From positions 1 through 37,366 of IMG/VR virus record IMGVR_UViG_3300044260_000018: a DNA stretch of 37,366 bases; one strand, 5' to 3'. A program made the translations under genes and the position numbers. Of this stretch, positions 14,804 to 22,969 are shown in pieces. Position 1 is the first letter of the stretch. Every line of letters begins with the position of its first letter. Source of the stretch: a virus (taxonomy: Duplodnaviria > Caudoviricetes). Under the pieces are notes generated by a model. The model was given only the letters and a program-made list of their open reading frames with translations, did no database searches and had not been told where the DNA came from.

Positions 14804-16269
14804 TGACGATCACCGTAACCGACCTGTTCTGTGGCGCCGGCGGCTCGTCGTCCGGAATGATTCAAGTCCCTGGCGTGCGCGTCGTCATGGCGGCGAACCA
14901 CTGGAACCTCGCAATCGAGTCGCACCAGGCTAACCATCCGGAAACCGACCACGATTCGGCGGACCTGTCGCAGGTCGAGCCGTCACGATTTCCAACGACT
15001 GACATCCTTTGGGCGTCACCCGAGTGCACAAACCACTCGGTAGCGAAGGGCATCAAACGTCAACGCGACATGCAAGCGCAGCTCCCCGGGCTCGAGGATC
15101 GGCTGCCCGACGCGGCCGCGATTCGGTCGAGAGCCACCATGTGGGATGTGCCTCGGTTCGCCGAGTACCACCAGTACAAGGCGATCATCATCGAGAACGT
15201 CGTCGACGCTGCCAAATGGGTCCAGTTTCCCGCGTGGCTGCTGGCGATGGAGCTGCTCGGCTACGAGCACGAGCAAGTGTGGCTCAACAGCATGCACGCC
15301 CAAGCGCTCGGGATGCCCGCGCCGCAGTCCCGCGACCGCATGTACGTGGTGTTCTGGAAGAAGGGAAACCGGGCGCCCGACCTGCAGAAGTGGACGCGCC
15401 CGAAAGCGCTCTGCGACCGGCACGGCCTCATCTCGGCGGTGCAGGCGTTCAAGAAGGCTGAGCACTGGGGCCGGTATCGAGCTCAATACGTTTACCGCTG
15501 CCCGCGATGCGCTGCCGTCGTCGAGCCGGGATGGCTGCCCGCTTCGTCCGCGATCGACTGGTCGATCCCGGGCGAGCGCATCGGCGACAAGAAGAAGCCA
15601 CTCGCCGAGAAGACGCGCAAGCGCATCGAGAAGGGCATTGAACGGTACTGGCGACCTCTGGTCGTAACCGCTGCGGGGAACACGTACGACGGCATCACGA
15701 CCGGCGGCAGCTACCTCCGCGCTCGCCCGATCGACGACGTTCTTCCGACGCAGCACACGACGACAGCGGAAGCGATCGTCGTCCCGCTCCGAAATCATGG
15801 CGTCGCCAAGTCGGCCGGGCATCCGATCGACACGGTGTCGGCGAACGGCAACCATCACGCGCTCGTCATGCGGAACAACACGGCTCGCGGCGATCAAGGG
15901 CAGATGAGCACTCCAGTCGGCGAGCCGCTCCGAACCCTGACGACGGCGGGCCACCAGTCACTGCTCGTGCCCTACTACAGCGCGTCCGAGGTGGCGAAGC
16001 AAACGAGCGACCCGCACGGCACACTCACCACAACGGACCGATACGGGCTCGCCGAGGGATTCAGCCTTGACGTCGACGACGTGCTCTTCCGCATGCTCAC
16101 CCCCGACGAGATCAAGGTTGGAATGGCCTTCGCTCGCGACTACATCCTGCTCGGCAATAAAAGCGAACAGGTCAAACAGTCAGGGAACGCCGTGACCCCG
16201 CCGGCCGCGCGCGACCTTGTCGCCGCGGTCGTCGAGTCCCTCGGCATCGAAGTGCGGATCCCGGCGTGA
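14803..16269 (+). CDS. DNA (cytosine-5) methyltransferase
   Basis: DLFCGAGG (I), SPEC (IV), ENV (VI), QSRDR (VIII) and GNAV (X) motifs. Confidence 0.93.
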   Translation: MTITVTDLFCGAGGSSSGMIQVPGVRVVMAANHWNLAIESHQANHPETDHDSADLSQVEPSRFPTTDILWASPECTNHSVAKGIKRQRDMQAQLPGLEDRLPDAAAIRSRATMWDVPRFAEYHQYKAIIIENVVDAAKWVQFPAWLLAMELLGYEHEQVWLNSMHAQALGMPAPQSRDRMYVVFWKKGNRAPDLQKWTRPKALCDRHGLISAVQAFKKAEHWGRYRAQYVYRCPRCAAVVEPGWLPASSAIDWSIPGERIGDKKKPLAEKTRKRIEKGIERYWRPLVVTAAGNTYDGITTGGSYLRARPIDDVLPTQHTTTAEAIVVPLRNHGVAKSAGHPIDTVSANGNHHALVMRNNTARGDQGQMSTPVGEPLRTLTTAGHQSLLVPYYSASEVAKQTSDPHGTLTTTDRYGLAEGFSLDVDDVLFRMLTPDEIKVGMAFARDYILLGNKSEQVKQSGNAVTPPAARDLVAAVVESLGIEVRIPA

Positions 16270-16526
16270 TCGCCGCCGGCGACGTCGAACCGCACCTCGC
16301 CGCCGCCGGCGAAGCGCTCGAGAGGGCGCTCGCCGGATCCGGCGCATGGGCGATCGTCACCCATGGCGGCCGCCGCTATCTCGTCGAACTCGCCGCCGGC
16401 GCGGCCTACACGTTCACGAGCGAGTTCAGCGCATACGGCGACCCGGCGCGGCCGCCCGAGCGGACCGACCTGAAACTGTCCGGCCGCGTCGAGCGGACCT
16501 GGCAACTACCGAAAGGCAACAGATGA
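16266..16526 (+). CDS. Hypothetical protein
   Basis: Coupled on both sides. Confidence 0.55.
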   Translation: MIAAGDVEPHLAAAGEALERALAGSGAWAIVTHGGRRYLVELAAGAAYTFTSEFSAYGDPARPPERTDLKLSGRVERTWQLPKGNR

Positions 16527-17122
16527 ACCCGAAACCCCCTACCGTCATCGTCGACGTCGACGGCACACTCGTCGACGTTACGAGCGTCCGGCATTACGTC
16601 CTCAGCAATCCGAAGGACTTCGACCACTTCCACGCCGGCGCGGAGTTGTGCCCGCCGATCGAGTCGACGTTCGAGCTGCTCGCCGGCTTGCGCGAGAACG
16701 TCAGCATCCAAGTCGTGACGGCCCGCAAGCAACGCTGGGAGCACACGACCCGGCGTTGGCTGCGCAAGTGGGGCGTCGAGTATGACCGGCTTTACATGCG
16801 CGGCGACGACGACGGACGGCCCGATGTCGAAGTGAAGCGCGACATCCTGGCGCGCATCCGCCGCGATCATCGGGTCACCCTGGCGATCGACGACAACCCG
16901 CGCGTGATCGCCCTATGGCAGGCCGAGGGCATCCCGACCGTTGTCGTGCCCGGATGGGTCGCCGGCGTCGTGCCGTGCGGCGACGTGCTCGTCGGTGCGC
17001 AGTTCGCGCCCGGAACGCACTCGCAGCACTACTCGCGCAACGTGGCCTCGTGCACGCTCATCGCCGACCACGACGGCCACCACTATGACGCCGGCATTCG
17101 GTACGCGTGGCCGACGCGCTGA
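16523..17122 (+). CDS. HAD-family phosphatase like the T4 PNK 3'-phosphatase domain
   Basis: DVDGT, VTAR, LYMR..DDGRPD..VK and IDD motifs; C-terminal CTL..DHDGHH extension. Confidence 0.85.
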   Translation: MNPKPPTVIVDVDGTLVDVTSVRHYVLSNPKDFDHFHAGAELCPPIESTFELLAGLRENVSIQVVTARKQRWEHTTRRWLRKWGVEYDRLYMRGDDDGRPDVEVKRDILARIRRDHRVTLAIDDNPRVIALWQAEGIPTVVVPGWVAGVVPCGDVLVGAQFAPGTHSQHYSRNVASCTLIADHDGHHYDAGIRYAWPTR

Positions 17123-17364
17123 CGACGTCGCCACTCGTCGGCGTGCCGATCACGACGAGCTGGCTCTGTCCGCGGGACCGGGTCTATTCGTTCGAGCCGG
17201 CCGCGATCTTCATGCATCCGCTCGCTGTGCTCGTCATCACGACTCCGAACCCGTTCGAGCGTCTTGACAAGGCGATCGGGATGCTCGTCGACCGAGCGCA
17301 CAACCAACTCGACGCCGCGATACGCCGGCTCGAGTCACCACACGAAGGGAACGCACCCCAATGA
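17107..17364 (+). CDS. Hypothetical protein
   Basis: In-operon ORF coupled to the next gene. Confidence 0.5.
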   Translation: MADALTTSPLVGVPITTSWLCPRDRVYSFEPAAIFMHPLAVLVITTPNPFERLDKAIGMLVDRAHNQLDAAIRRLESPHEGNAPQ

Positions 17365-17687
17365 CAGCAGTAGACGAAGTACGGGCGGCAATCGACCGCC
17401 TCGAGCAGATCATCGACGAACCGGTCGTGATTGTGCGCATCCTGGCAGTCGCCGCACCCGAAGGCACCGACATCGACGCGTGGATGCGGCGAGCGCAGAC
17501 CAAGGCTGCACTGTTCGAAGAGACCGCGCACGCGCAGCTCGCGATCTTGGACGACTGGCTCGAACGCTATGCCAACTTCCCGCCGGCCGACATCGAAGGC
17601 TACGTGCCACGGTCGCCGACGAGCCGCAACGCGATCGCGCTCGCACGGGCGATCAACGCCGCCTCGAGCGAAGGGGAGCAGCAGTGA
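17361..17687 (+). CDS. Hypothetical helical protein
   Basis: GAAGGG RBS; ATGA coupling. Confidence 0.7.
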   Translation: MTAVDEVRAAIDRLEQIIDEPVVIVRILAVAAPEGTDIDAWMRRAQTKAALFEETAHAQLAILDDWLERYANFPPADIEGYVPRSPTSRNAIALARAINAASSEGEQQ

Positions 17688-17959
17688 ACGACGACACCGA
17701 CACGCAGACAGCGCCGGATCCCGTCACCCCGCGCCGGTTCATCGCCGACACCCGCGAACTCGAGGTCACATACCCCGTCGTCGTCGACCTGCAGCAGTCG
17801 GCCGTCGCACTGTTCCTCGACGACGCGACCGCCGAGCAGCTCGCGGACTCGTTCGAACTCGCACCAGAAGGGGTGCACGGATTCCGTTGGCAGCCCGACC
17901 CGCAACCGCCAACACCAGCCGACACTGACACGACAGGAGACACCGATGCTCTCAACTGA
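17684..17959 (+). CDS. Hypothetical protein
   Basis: GGGGAG RBS; GTGA coupling. Confidence 0.65.
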   Translation: MNDDTDTQTAPDPVTPRRFIADTRELEVTYPVVVDLQQSAVALFLDDATAEQLADSFELAPEGVHGFRWQPDPQPPTPADTDTTGDTDALN

Positions 17960-18407
17960 CGAAGACCCGCAATTCCTGTTCAAAGGCGACGGACCACTCG
18001 CGCTCGCCGAACGTGAGGCGGCATGGCGAGCCGAAGGCGAACGGATCCTGGCATCTCAGCCGCGCGTGCCCGACGCGGTCAAAGCGCTGCCGCTCGCGAC
18101 GCATCGGCTCGTCGACGGCCGGGCAGTGTGCGATGGCGGCGAGGGCAGCAAATGCCATTGGTACCCGGCGTGTGACGAACACGAAGAGTGGCCGTGCGGA
18201 TGCGATTACGTCGCGCACGCCGAGTGTAGGGTGCTCCCCTGGCTCAACTCGTACGACCTCGAAGACAGCGCATACGACGAAGCGCTCGAGCGACGCGACC
18301 CCGAGACTCTCACGTTCCCCGACGGCGAAATCGAGTGGGAGTGGGAGGGCGAGTTCGTGCTGTGGAACTACGCCGACAACCCTGACGAGACAGGAGATGC
18401 CGAATGA
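17946..18407 (+). CDS. Acidic Cys/His-rich hypothetical protein
   Basis: AGGAG RBS; six Cys. Confidence 0.7.
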   Translation: MLSTDEDPQFLFKGDGPLALAEREAAWRAEGERILASQPRVPDAVKALPLATHRLVDGRAVCDGGEGSKCHWYPACDEHEEWPCGCDYVAHAECRVLPWLNSYDLEDSAYDEALERRDPETLTFPDGEIEWEWEGEFVLWNYADNPDETGDAE

Positions 18408-18823
18408 CGCGACTCTCGATCGAGCTACCGCAGGCGTACCCGCGCAAGTTCGTCTGGTGGATGCAGTGCGACGTGTGCGACACGACACGGAGCGCGCCGG
18501 CCTGGCGACAAGATGACCTCCCACTATCGATGTTCACCACGCAGGGATGGGAATGCGGCCGACTGAAAGACACGTGCCCGGCGTGCATCAAGCTCCGCGA
18601 CGTCGAGTATCTACCGCCGATGTGGGGACTCTGGCTCGTCGACCCGTCCGGCAAATACGGCCGGCACAAGGTCTTCGCGCAGACCGGCGAGACAGCCGAC
18701 GAAGCATTCGCGCTCGCCGCAGCCCGTTACCGGCCCGTCGCCGGCCCGATCGAGCTCGACCCCGATGGCCGCCACTTCATCATCAACCCGGCGCGACGCC
18801 GGAAGACAGGAGACAAAGAGTGA
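18404..18823 (+). CDS. Zinc-finger hypothetical protein
   Basis: CDVC...CPAC; AGGAG RBS. Confidence 0.7.
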   Translation: MTRLSIELPQAYPRKFVWWMQCDVCDTTRSAPAWRQDDLPLSMFTTQGWECGRLKDTCPACIKLRDVEYLPPMWGLWLVDPSGKYGRHKVFAQTGETADEAFALAAARYRPVAGPIELDPDGRHFIINPARRRKTGDKE

Positions 18824-19323
18824 CCGAATCGACCCCCCTGCAGTGCGTCGTCTGCCGCGGTCTGAACGCCGCCGAGCAGCTCGCCGAGTTCCACCTGAAC
18901 GGCGGCGCGTACTACTGCGTCAATCACGCGCCGAAGCCGGCAGGCCGAAGCTTCGAGCCGCGGATCGCCGCGGACTGGAAGCCGACCGCGCGACCTCTCG
19001 GCCTGCCACGCCCGGAATGGTGGCAGGTCGCAGACAGTCGCCTCGCAGCATCGGCGTCGCCACACGATCGCAGCCTCCGCGTCGAGATTGATCATCTCGT
19101 GCACGGGCTTTATCGGGCCGAGGCAACCCGGATCGAGTTCGACGTCATCGCTGTTCTCGGGTGGCGGCGCCACCTGACGCCGGGCATCATCCGCCGGCTC
19201 GGCTACGAGGGCATCTACCTGAAACCTCACAAGTCGTCCGCGCCGCAATACGTGGGCATCCAGCGACACGGCGAATGGGTGCTCGACCGGCGCAGCGACG
19301 AGCAGAAGGCGGCATGGCGATGA
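18820..19323 (+). CDS. Hypothetical protein with N-terminal CxxC...CxxH
   Basis: AGGAG RBS; GTGA coupling. Confidence 0.65.
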   Translation: MTESTPLQCVVCRGLNAAEQLAEFHLNGGAYYCVNHAPKPAGRSFEPRIAADWKPTARPLGLPRPEWWQVADSRLAASASPHDRSLRVEIDHLVHGLYRAEATRIEFDVIAVLGWRRHLTPGIIRRLGYEGIYLKPHKSSAPQYVGIQRHGEWVLDRRSDEQKAAWR

Positions 19324-19667
19324 GCGCGCAAGATGGGCTGCTCGGGTTCGACGAGTTCGACACAGACGAGGAACTCGAAGAGTACATGCAGGATGTCTAC
19401 CGCGATCTTCGCGCCTACTGGCAAGATCGCCACAGCCACGATCGAGACGGCTACTTTGCCCAACTGGCCGGCAGCATGGCGTGCGAGGCGCTCGGGCACA
19501 AGCCGGATCCCGACTTCGGATGGGATGACGACGACGAGCATCCGTGGGGGTTCGACGACATCCTCTGCGAGGCAACGCGCTACGGCAAGTGCTGCACGCA
19601 ATGCGAGGGCGAATGCGACTTCACGTTCGTTGACCCGAGCGCGCTGTGGAAGGCGGTCGCAGCATGA
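19320..19667 (+). CDS. Acidic Cys-rich hypothetical protein
   Basis: ATGA coupling; CCTQCEGEC. Confidence 0.65.
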   Translation: MSAQDGLLGFDEFDTDEELEEYMQDVYRDLRAYWQDRHSHDRDGYFAQLAGSMACEALGHKPDPDFGWDDDDEHPWGFDDILCEATRYGKCCTQCEGECDFTFVDPSALWKAVAA

Positions 19668-19987
19668 GCGCAAGATCCCGCAGGCAGACGCGCCGGCTTC
19701 GACTCGACGGGCCGCGCCGCAATTGGCCGCCAGTGCACAACGAGCGCACCCATTACCGCAAGCTCGGCGGCCGCGCCTACTTCATCTACCAGTTGTGCGA
19801 ATCGTTCGGTCTCATGGCGCAGCAGCTGCTCGACCTCGGGGGCATCGCACAGCGCACCGCCGCAGCGATGCAAGCCGCGCGCGCCGAGCAGATCCGAGCA
19901 CAACAGGCGGCACGAGAGCAGGCGTTCAGCGACCTGATGTCATGCCGCGGATTCGATATGAGAGAGGACTACACACTTGCCGACTAG
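19664..19987 (+). CDS. Hypothetical protein
   Basis: ATGA coupling. Confidence 0.55.
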   Translation: MSARSRRQTRRLRLDGPRRNWPPVHNERTHYRKLGGRAYFIYQLCESFGLMAQQLLDLGGIAQRTAAAMQAARAEQIRAQQAAREQAFSDLMSCRGFDMREDYTLAD

Positions 19988-20168
19988 CAGACCGATCAAG
20001 ACCGATGCCGAGGCCGTTCGGGTGGCGACGAAGATCATCGCCGCGCAGGAGCAACTACTCGTCGCGTACAGAACAGGGACAAGCCGTGCCCCGGGTGCTG
20101 CCATCGACACTTTGACAGCGCAACGCCCGCGATTCGACGCGTGGCTTCGAAAGGACGGCGAGCAATGA
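19977..20168 (+). CDS. Hypothetical protein
   Basis: GAGGA RBS before TTG. Confidence 0.6.
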   Translation: MPTSRPIKTDAEAVRVATKIIAAQEQLLVAYRTGTSRAPGAAIDTLTAQRPRFDAWLRKDGEQ

Positions 20169-20434
20169 GCGTAGAGCACAAGTTCGAGCGTCGAACGAAA
20201 GCCGACGAGCACCCGGGCGAAATGGTGCTCACCATCACCATCACGGGCGCGCACGACATCTATCGTTTCGCGCATCACATGCTCACCGGTCAGGTTGAGT
20301 TCTACAGCCGAGGTCGGAAGATCATCGCAGCACTCAAGCGCCGAATGGATGCCGGACAGTGGCGATACCTCGACCGCTCAATGGGCGGATGGCGGATGCG
20401 CGGCGAGCGCGAGCCGAAGGGCGGCGAGCGATGA
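20165..20434 (+). CDS. Hypothetical protein
   Basis: AAAGGA RBS; ATGA coupling. Confidence 0.65.
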   Translation: MSVEHKFERRTKADEHPGEMVLTITITGAHDIYRFAHHMLTGQVEFYSRGRKIIAALKRRMDAGQWRYLDRSMGGWRMRGEREPKGGER

Positions 20435-20619
20435 AGGCGGCACGAATCGCAGTCGCGCTACTCGCAGTGCTCGCGCTCGCAGGATGCGGCGAGACGGTCG
20501 CGGATGTTCAGCGCGACGGCAAGTTCAAGCACGCGTGCGAGGCGGCCGGTGGCAGCGTATGGTCGCCCACTGGCTCGGGCCCGTGGTCGTGCGACATGAC
20601 AACGAAAGGCGACAAATAG
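20431..20619 (+). CDS. Small lipoprotein
   Basis: Signal peptide MKAARIAVALLAVLA with lipobox LAGC; two further Cys. Confidence 0.8.
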   Translation: MKAARIAVALLAVLALAGCGETVADVQRDGKFKHACEAAGGSVWSPTGSGPWSCDMTTKGDK

Positions 20620-20885
20620 TGGGCTACACGAAAATCGTCCCGCGGATGCGCACAATCCCACCGCACACCTGCCCTGTTCCCCTACTGGGGTTCGTACTTC
20701 TCGCGGGGTACGGGGTAGGCACCCGATGGGTTTGCGACGCGTGCTCACAGCCATGGATTATCTGCGGCAACGGGCACAACCCAACGAAATGGGAGAAAGG
20801 GACGCTCACCGCCGCTGACATCCTCGACGGAGCAGCCAAACCAAACGCGCTCGCCGCAGACCCCGACCGAAGGGATTCAAATTGA
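20619..20885 (+). CDS. Hypothetical zinc-binding protein
   Basis: HTC..GTRWVCDAC motif; coupled on both sides. Confidence 0.55.
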   Translation: MGYTKIVPRMRTIPPHTCPVPLLGFVLLAGYGVGTRWVCDACSQPWIICGNGHNPTKWEKGTLTAADILDGAAKPNALAADPDRRDSN

Positions 20886-21508
20886 CCGCATTGCACGAGG
20901 CTGTCGACGCGCTGACCACGTGGCGAATCGAACACATCGCGCAGGCCCACAACGGCATCACCTGCACTGAGCCGGTAACCATCGAGCACGAGCCACTGCT
21001 GATGCAGCTCGAGGCGGCAGTCACTTCGGCGATCGGCCGAGGCGGCGGCGGCGGAAACCCGGAAGGCAACGTCTTGAACACCGAGGCGCTGCACCGAGCG
21101 TCGGTCATTCGCTCGGCGATCAAGGATTGGTGCCGGCTCGTGCATGTACAGGCAACCGGCAACATGGTCGACGACCTCGAGCGATGGTTCGTGATATTCA
21201 AGATGCAGGCTGACCCGCCCGAGTTCTACGAGCACCAGGTCGTCGCGTGGGTCGAGCAAATTGGGGATCTGCTCGACCCGCCCGTGCGCATCGAGATAAC
21301 CGGCCCGTGCCCCGTGTGCAGGTCGACGACGTACAAGGATGCCGACGATGTCGAGCATCCATTCCCCGTCGTCGTCGAATACCGCCGCGAGCGCCCGCTC
21401 GAGGCGACCGCACTGTGCCGTGCCGAGGGATGCGAGCGCGGGTCATGGGTCGGCGAGCGAGCATTGCGAGAGCTGCGATGGGAACTCGACGCGCAAGCGA
21501 CGGCCTAG
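20882..21508 (+). CDS. Last early gene; zinc-ribbon protein, candidate late-transcription regulator
   Basis: PLLMQLEAAV N-terminus; CPVC...CRAEGC; position just before the late region. Confidence 0.65.
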   Translation: MTALHEAVDALTTWRIEHIAQAHNGITCTEPVTIEHEPLLMQLEAAVTSAIGRGGGGGNPEGNVLNTEALHRASVIRSAIKDWCRLVHVQATGNMVDDLERWFVIFKMQADPPEFYEHQVVAWVEQIGDLLDPPVRIEITGPCPVCRSTTYKDADDVEHPFPVVVEYRRERPLEATALCRAEGCERGSWVGERALRELRWELDAQATA

Positions 21509-21548
21509 CCCGTATGTACTCGATCTTGTCCGTTCGGACTGCTACGAT
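21506..21548 (+). promoter_or_regulatory. Putative late promoter with operator pair
   Basis: TAGCCCGTATGTACTC (21506) and TTGTCCGTTCGGACTG (21526), 20 bp apart; extended -10 TGC-TACGAT (21540-48). Confidence 0.55.
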
Positions 21549-21595
21549 GGCATCAATCCGGTTTACTGTCTGAAAAATCAGGCGGTCGACACGAG

Positions 21596-21630
21596 AAAGG
21601 GCTCTGAGCTTCGGCTCGGGGCCCTTTTTT
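21596..21630 (+). terminator. Strong intrinsic terminator
   Basis: AAAGGGCTCTGAGC-TTCG-GCTCGGGGCCCTTT stem with cUUCGg loop and T6 tract. Confidence 0.92.
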
Positions 21631-21818
21631 CGTGCCCGAAGGTTCCCGGCAGCGGCTACGGTCGCCCGCCGGTTGACGCGGCGTGATGCCGCGATAGCGC
21701 AGCGCAGGGGTGCGCCCATTGACCGAAAGCCCTCGGAAGAACGCGAAACGGGCGCCACAACTGAACAGAGCGGCGTCGCACTCGGCCGGCAAACAGTGCA
21801 CCTACTTGAGGGGATGCG

Positions 21819-22037
21819 ATGCTCGCGGAACAGCCCATATGCTCGTGCGGTCTGCCGATGGTCCCGATCGCGGATCATCCCGAGCTGTACACGTGCGCCC
21901 ACTGTGACGGGCCGTGTCACCAGCGATGCAAAGACGAGTCGGACTGCGAGAACGGAAACGGCAAATGCGTGCACTGCAACGCGTTCGACATCGGATCACG
22001 ACGCAAGCGCGACGACCGCTGGCAGCCACCGAAGTAG
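21819..22037 (+). CDS. Cys-rich 72-aa protein
   Basis: GAGGGG RBS; nine Cys. Confidence 0.65.
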   Translation: MLAEQPICSCGLPMVPIADHPELYTCAHCDGPCHQRCKDESDCENGNGKCVHCNAFDIGSRRKRDDRWQPPK

Positions 22038-22044
22038 GAGCACC

Positions 22045-22143
22045 ATGACCCGCATCCGCGACCTCATCGAACCCGACGTGCGCGACGACCTCGAGGCGAT
22101 CCTCGCCGACTGGCACGGCGACGACGTCGACGACGCTCTCTGA
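22045..22143 (+). CDS. 32-aa acidic peptide
   Basis: AGGAG RBS. Confidence 0.6.
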   Translation: MTRIRDLIEPDVRDDLEAILADWHGDDVDDAL

Positions 22144-22154
22144 TTGGAGACACC

Positions 22155-22298
22155 ATGACCGACAGCAAGCCCACAGACGCGACAGAAACCCCACCCGCAC
22201 CCACCGAGCCGACGCCGACAGATACCCCCGCCACGCCCGAGCCTGCGCCTACCGCAGTGCAGGGGTACAACCAGGCGACCGGGGCGTTCGTCCCGTAG
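22155..22298 (+). CDS. 47-aa Pro/Thr-rich peptide
   Basis: GGAG RBS; TAGTG coupling to HNH. Confidence 0.6.
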   Translation: MTDSKPTDATETPPAPTEPTPTDTPATPEPAPTAVQGYNQATGAFVP

Positions 22299-22696
22299 TG
22301 CCAACCTCGGCGATGTCGCTGTGCGCAGAGCCCGGATGCCCTGAGTTCGTGGCTTGGGGCAGATGCGAAACACATCGACTCGAACACAACCGCGTGGCCG
22401 ACCGCAAGCGAGGCAGCGGATCCGCGCGAGGATACACGCGCCGATGGGCCGAGTTCTCACGCGAGTTCCTGAAAGGTCATCCGCTCTGCGAGTGCGACGA
22501 GTGCACCGCGCGAGCGCACTACCTGCGCCCGCCGGCGACCGACGTCGACCACACAGGCGGCCACTCGCGCACGTGCTCGCACGCGTACGAAGAGCGGCAC
22601 CTGCAAGCCCTCAGCCATGCCCACCACGCGACAAAAACTGCGCGAGACGACGGATCGTTCGGCCGTACGGCCGCTGTCGCTCGATGCCGTTCCTGA
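22298..22696 (+). CDS. Packaging-associated HNH endonuclease (HK97 gp74-like)
   Basis: CAEPGC..C..H, RGSGSARGY..W, ATDVDH and LQALSHAHHATKT motifs; upstream of terS. Confidence 0.88.
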   Translation: MPTSAMSLCAEPGCPEFVAWGRCETHRLEHNRVADRKRGSGSARGYTRRWAEFSREFLKGHPLCECDECTARAHYLRPPATDVDHTGGHSRTCSHAYEERHLQALSHAHHATKTARDDGSFGRTAAVARCRS

Positions 22697-22800
22697 AAAT
22701 TCATCCGCCGGCAGCCGGTAGGGGTCTTCGAATCTCTACGGCTGCCGCGGCGAAGCCCGTGGGGGCAGTGATGCGCACAGCGTCTCAACCTGTAGACCCC
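22697..22800. other. Probable cos region
   Basis: Non-coding gap between HNH and terS, with GGTAGGGG tract and long inverted repeat at 22705-22750. Confidence 0.5.
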
Positions 22801-22837
22801 CCTTCGCGCGCGCCGCCCCTCGCCGATTGGATGCCCC

Positions 22838-22969
22838 ATGATCCGCTCGACGATGAAGCACGCCGCCAGATGCACGAAGCCGCCGGCCACGCGATCGACC
22901 GCGCAGGCCGTCGTCGTCTTCACCTGCCCGAGCTGCGGCGCATCCGCGACGAGCACGAGGCCGGCGTAA
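22838..22969 (+). CDS. 43-aa zinc-ribbon peptide
   Basis: HAARC...FTCPSCG; TAATG coupling to terS. Confidence 0.5.
   Translation: MIRSTMKHAARCTKPPATRSTAQAVVVFTCPSCGASATSTRPA

Noticed and set aside
21688-21775. tRNA-like start GCCGCGA-TA-GCGC...GCGC, or a hammerhead ribozyme (GAAAC)
   Set aside because: No T-arm or matching acceptor strand, and no CUGANGA core
22354-22968. Long N-terminal extension of terS (356-aa ORF)
   Set aside because: TerS similarity starts at ATG 22969; the upstream part overlaps HNH and the cos gap
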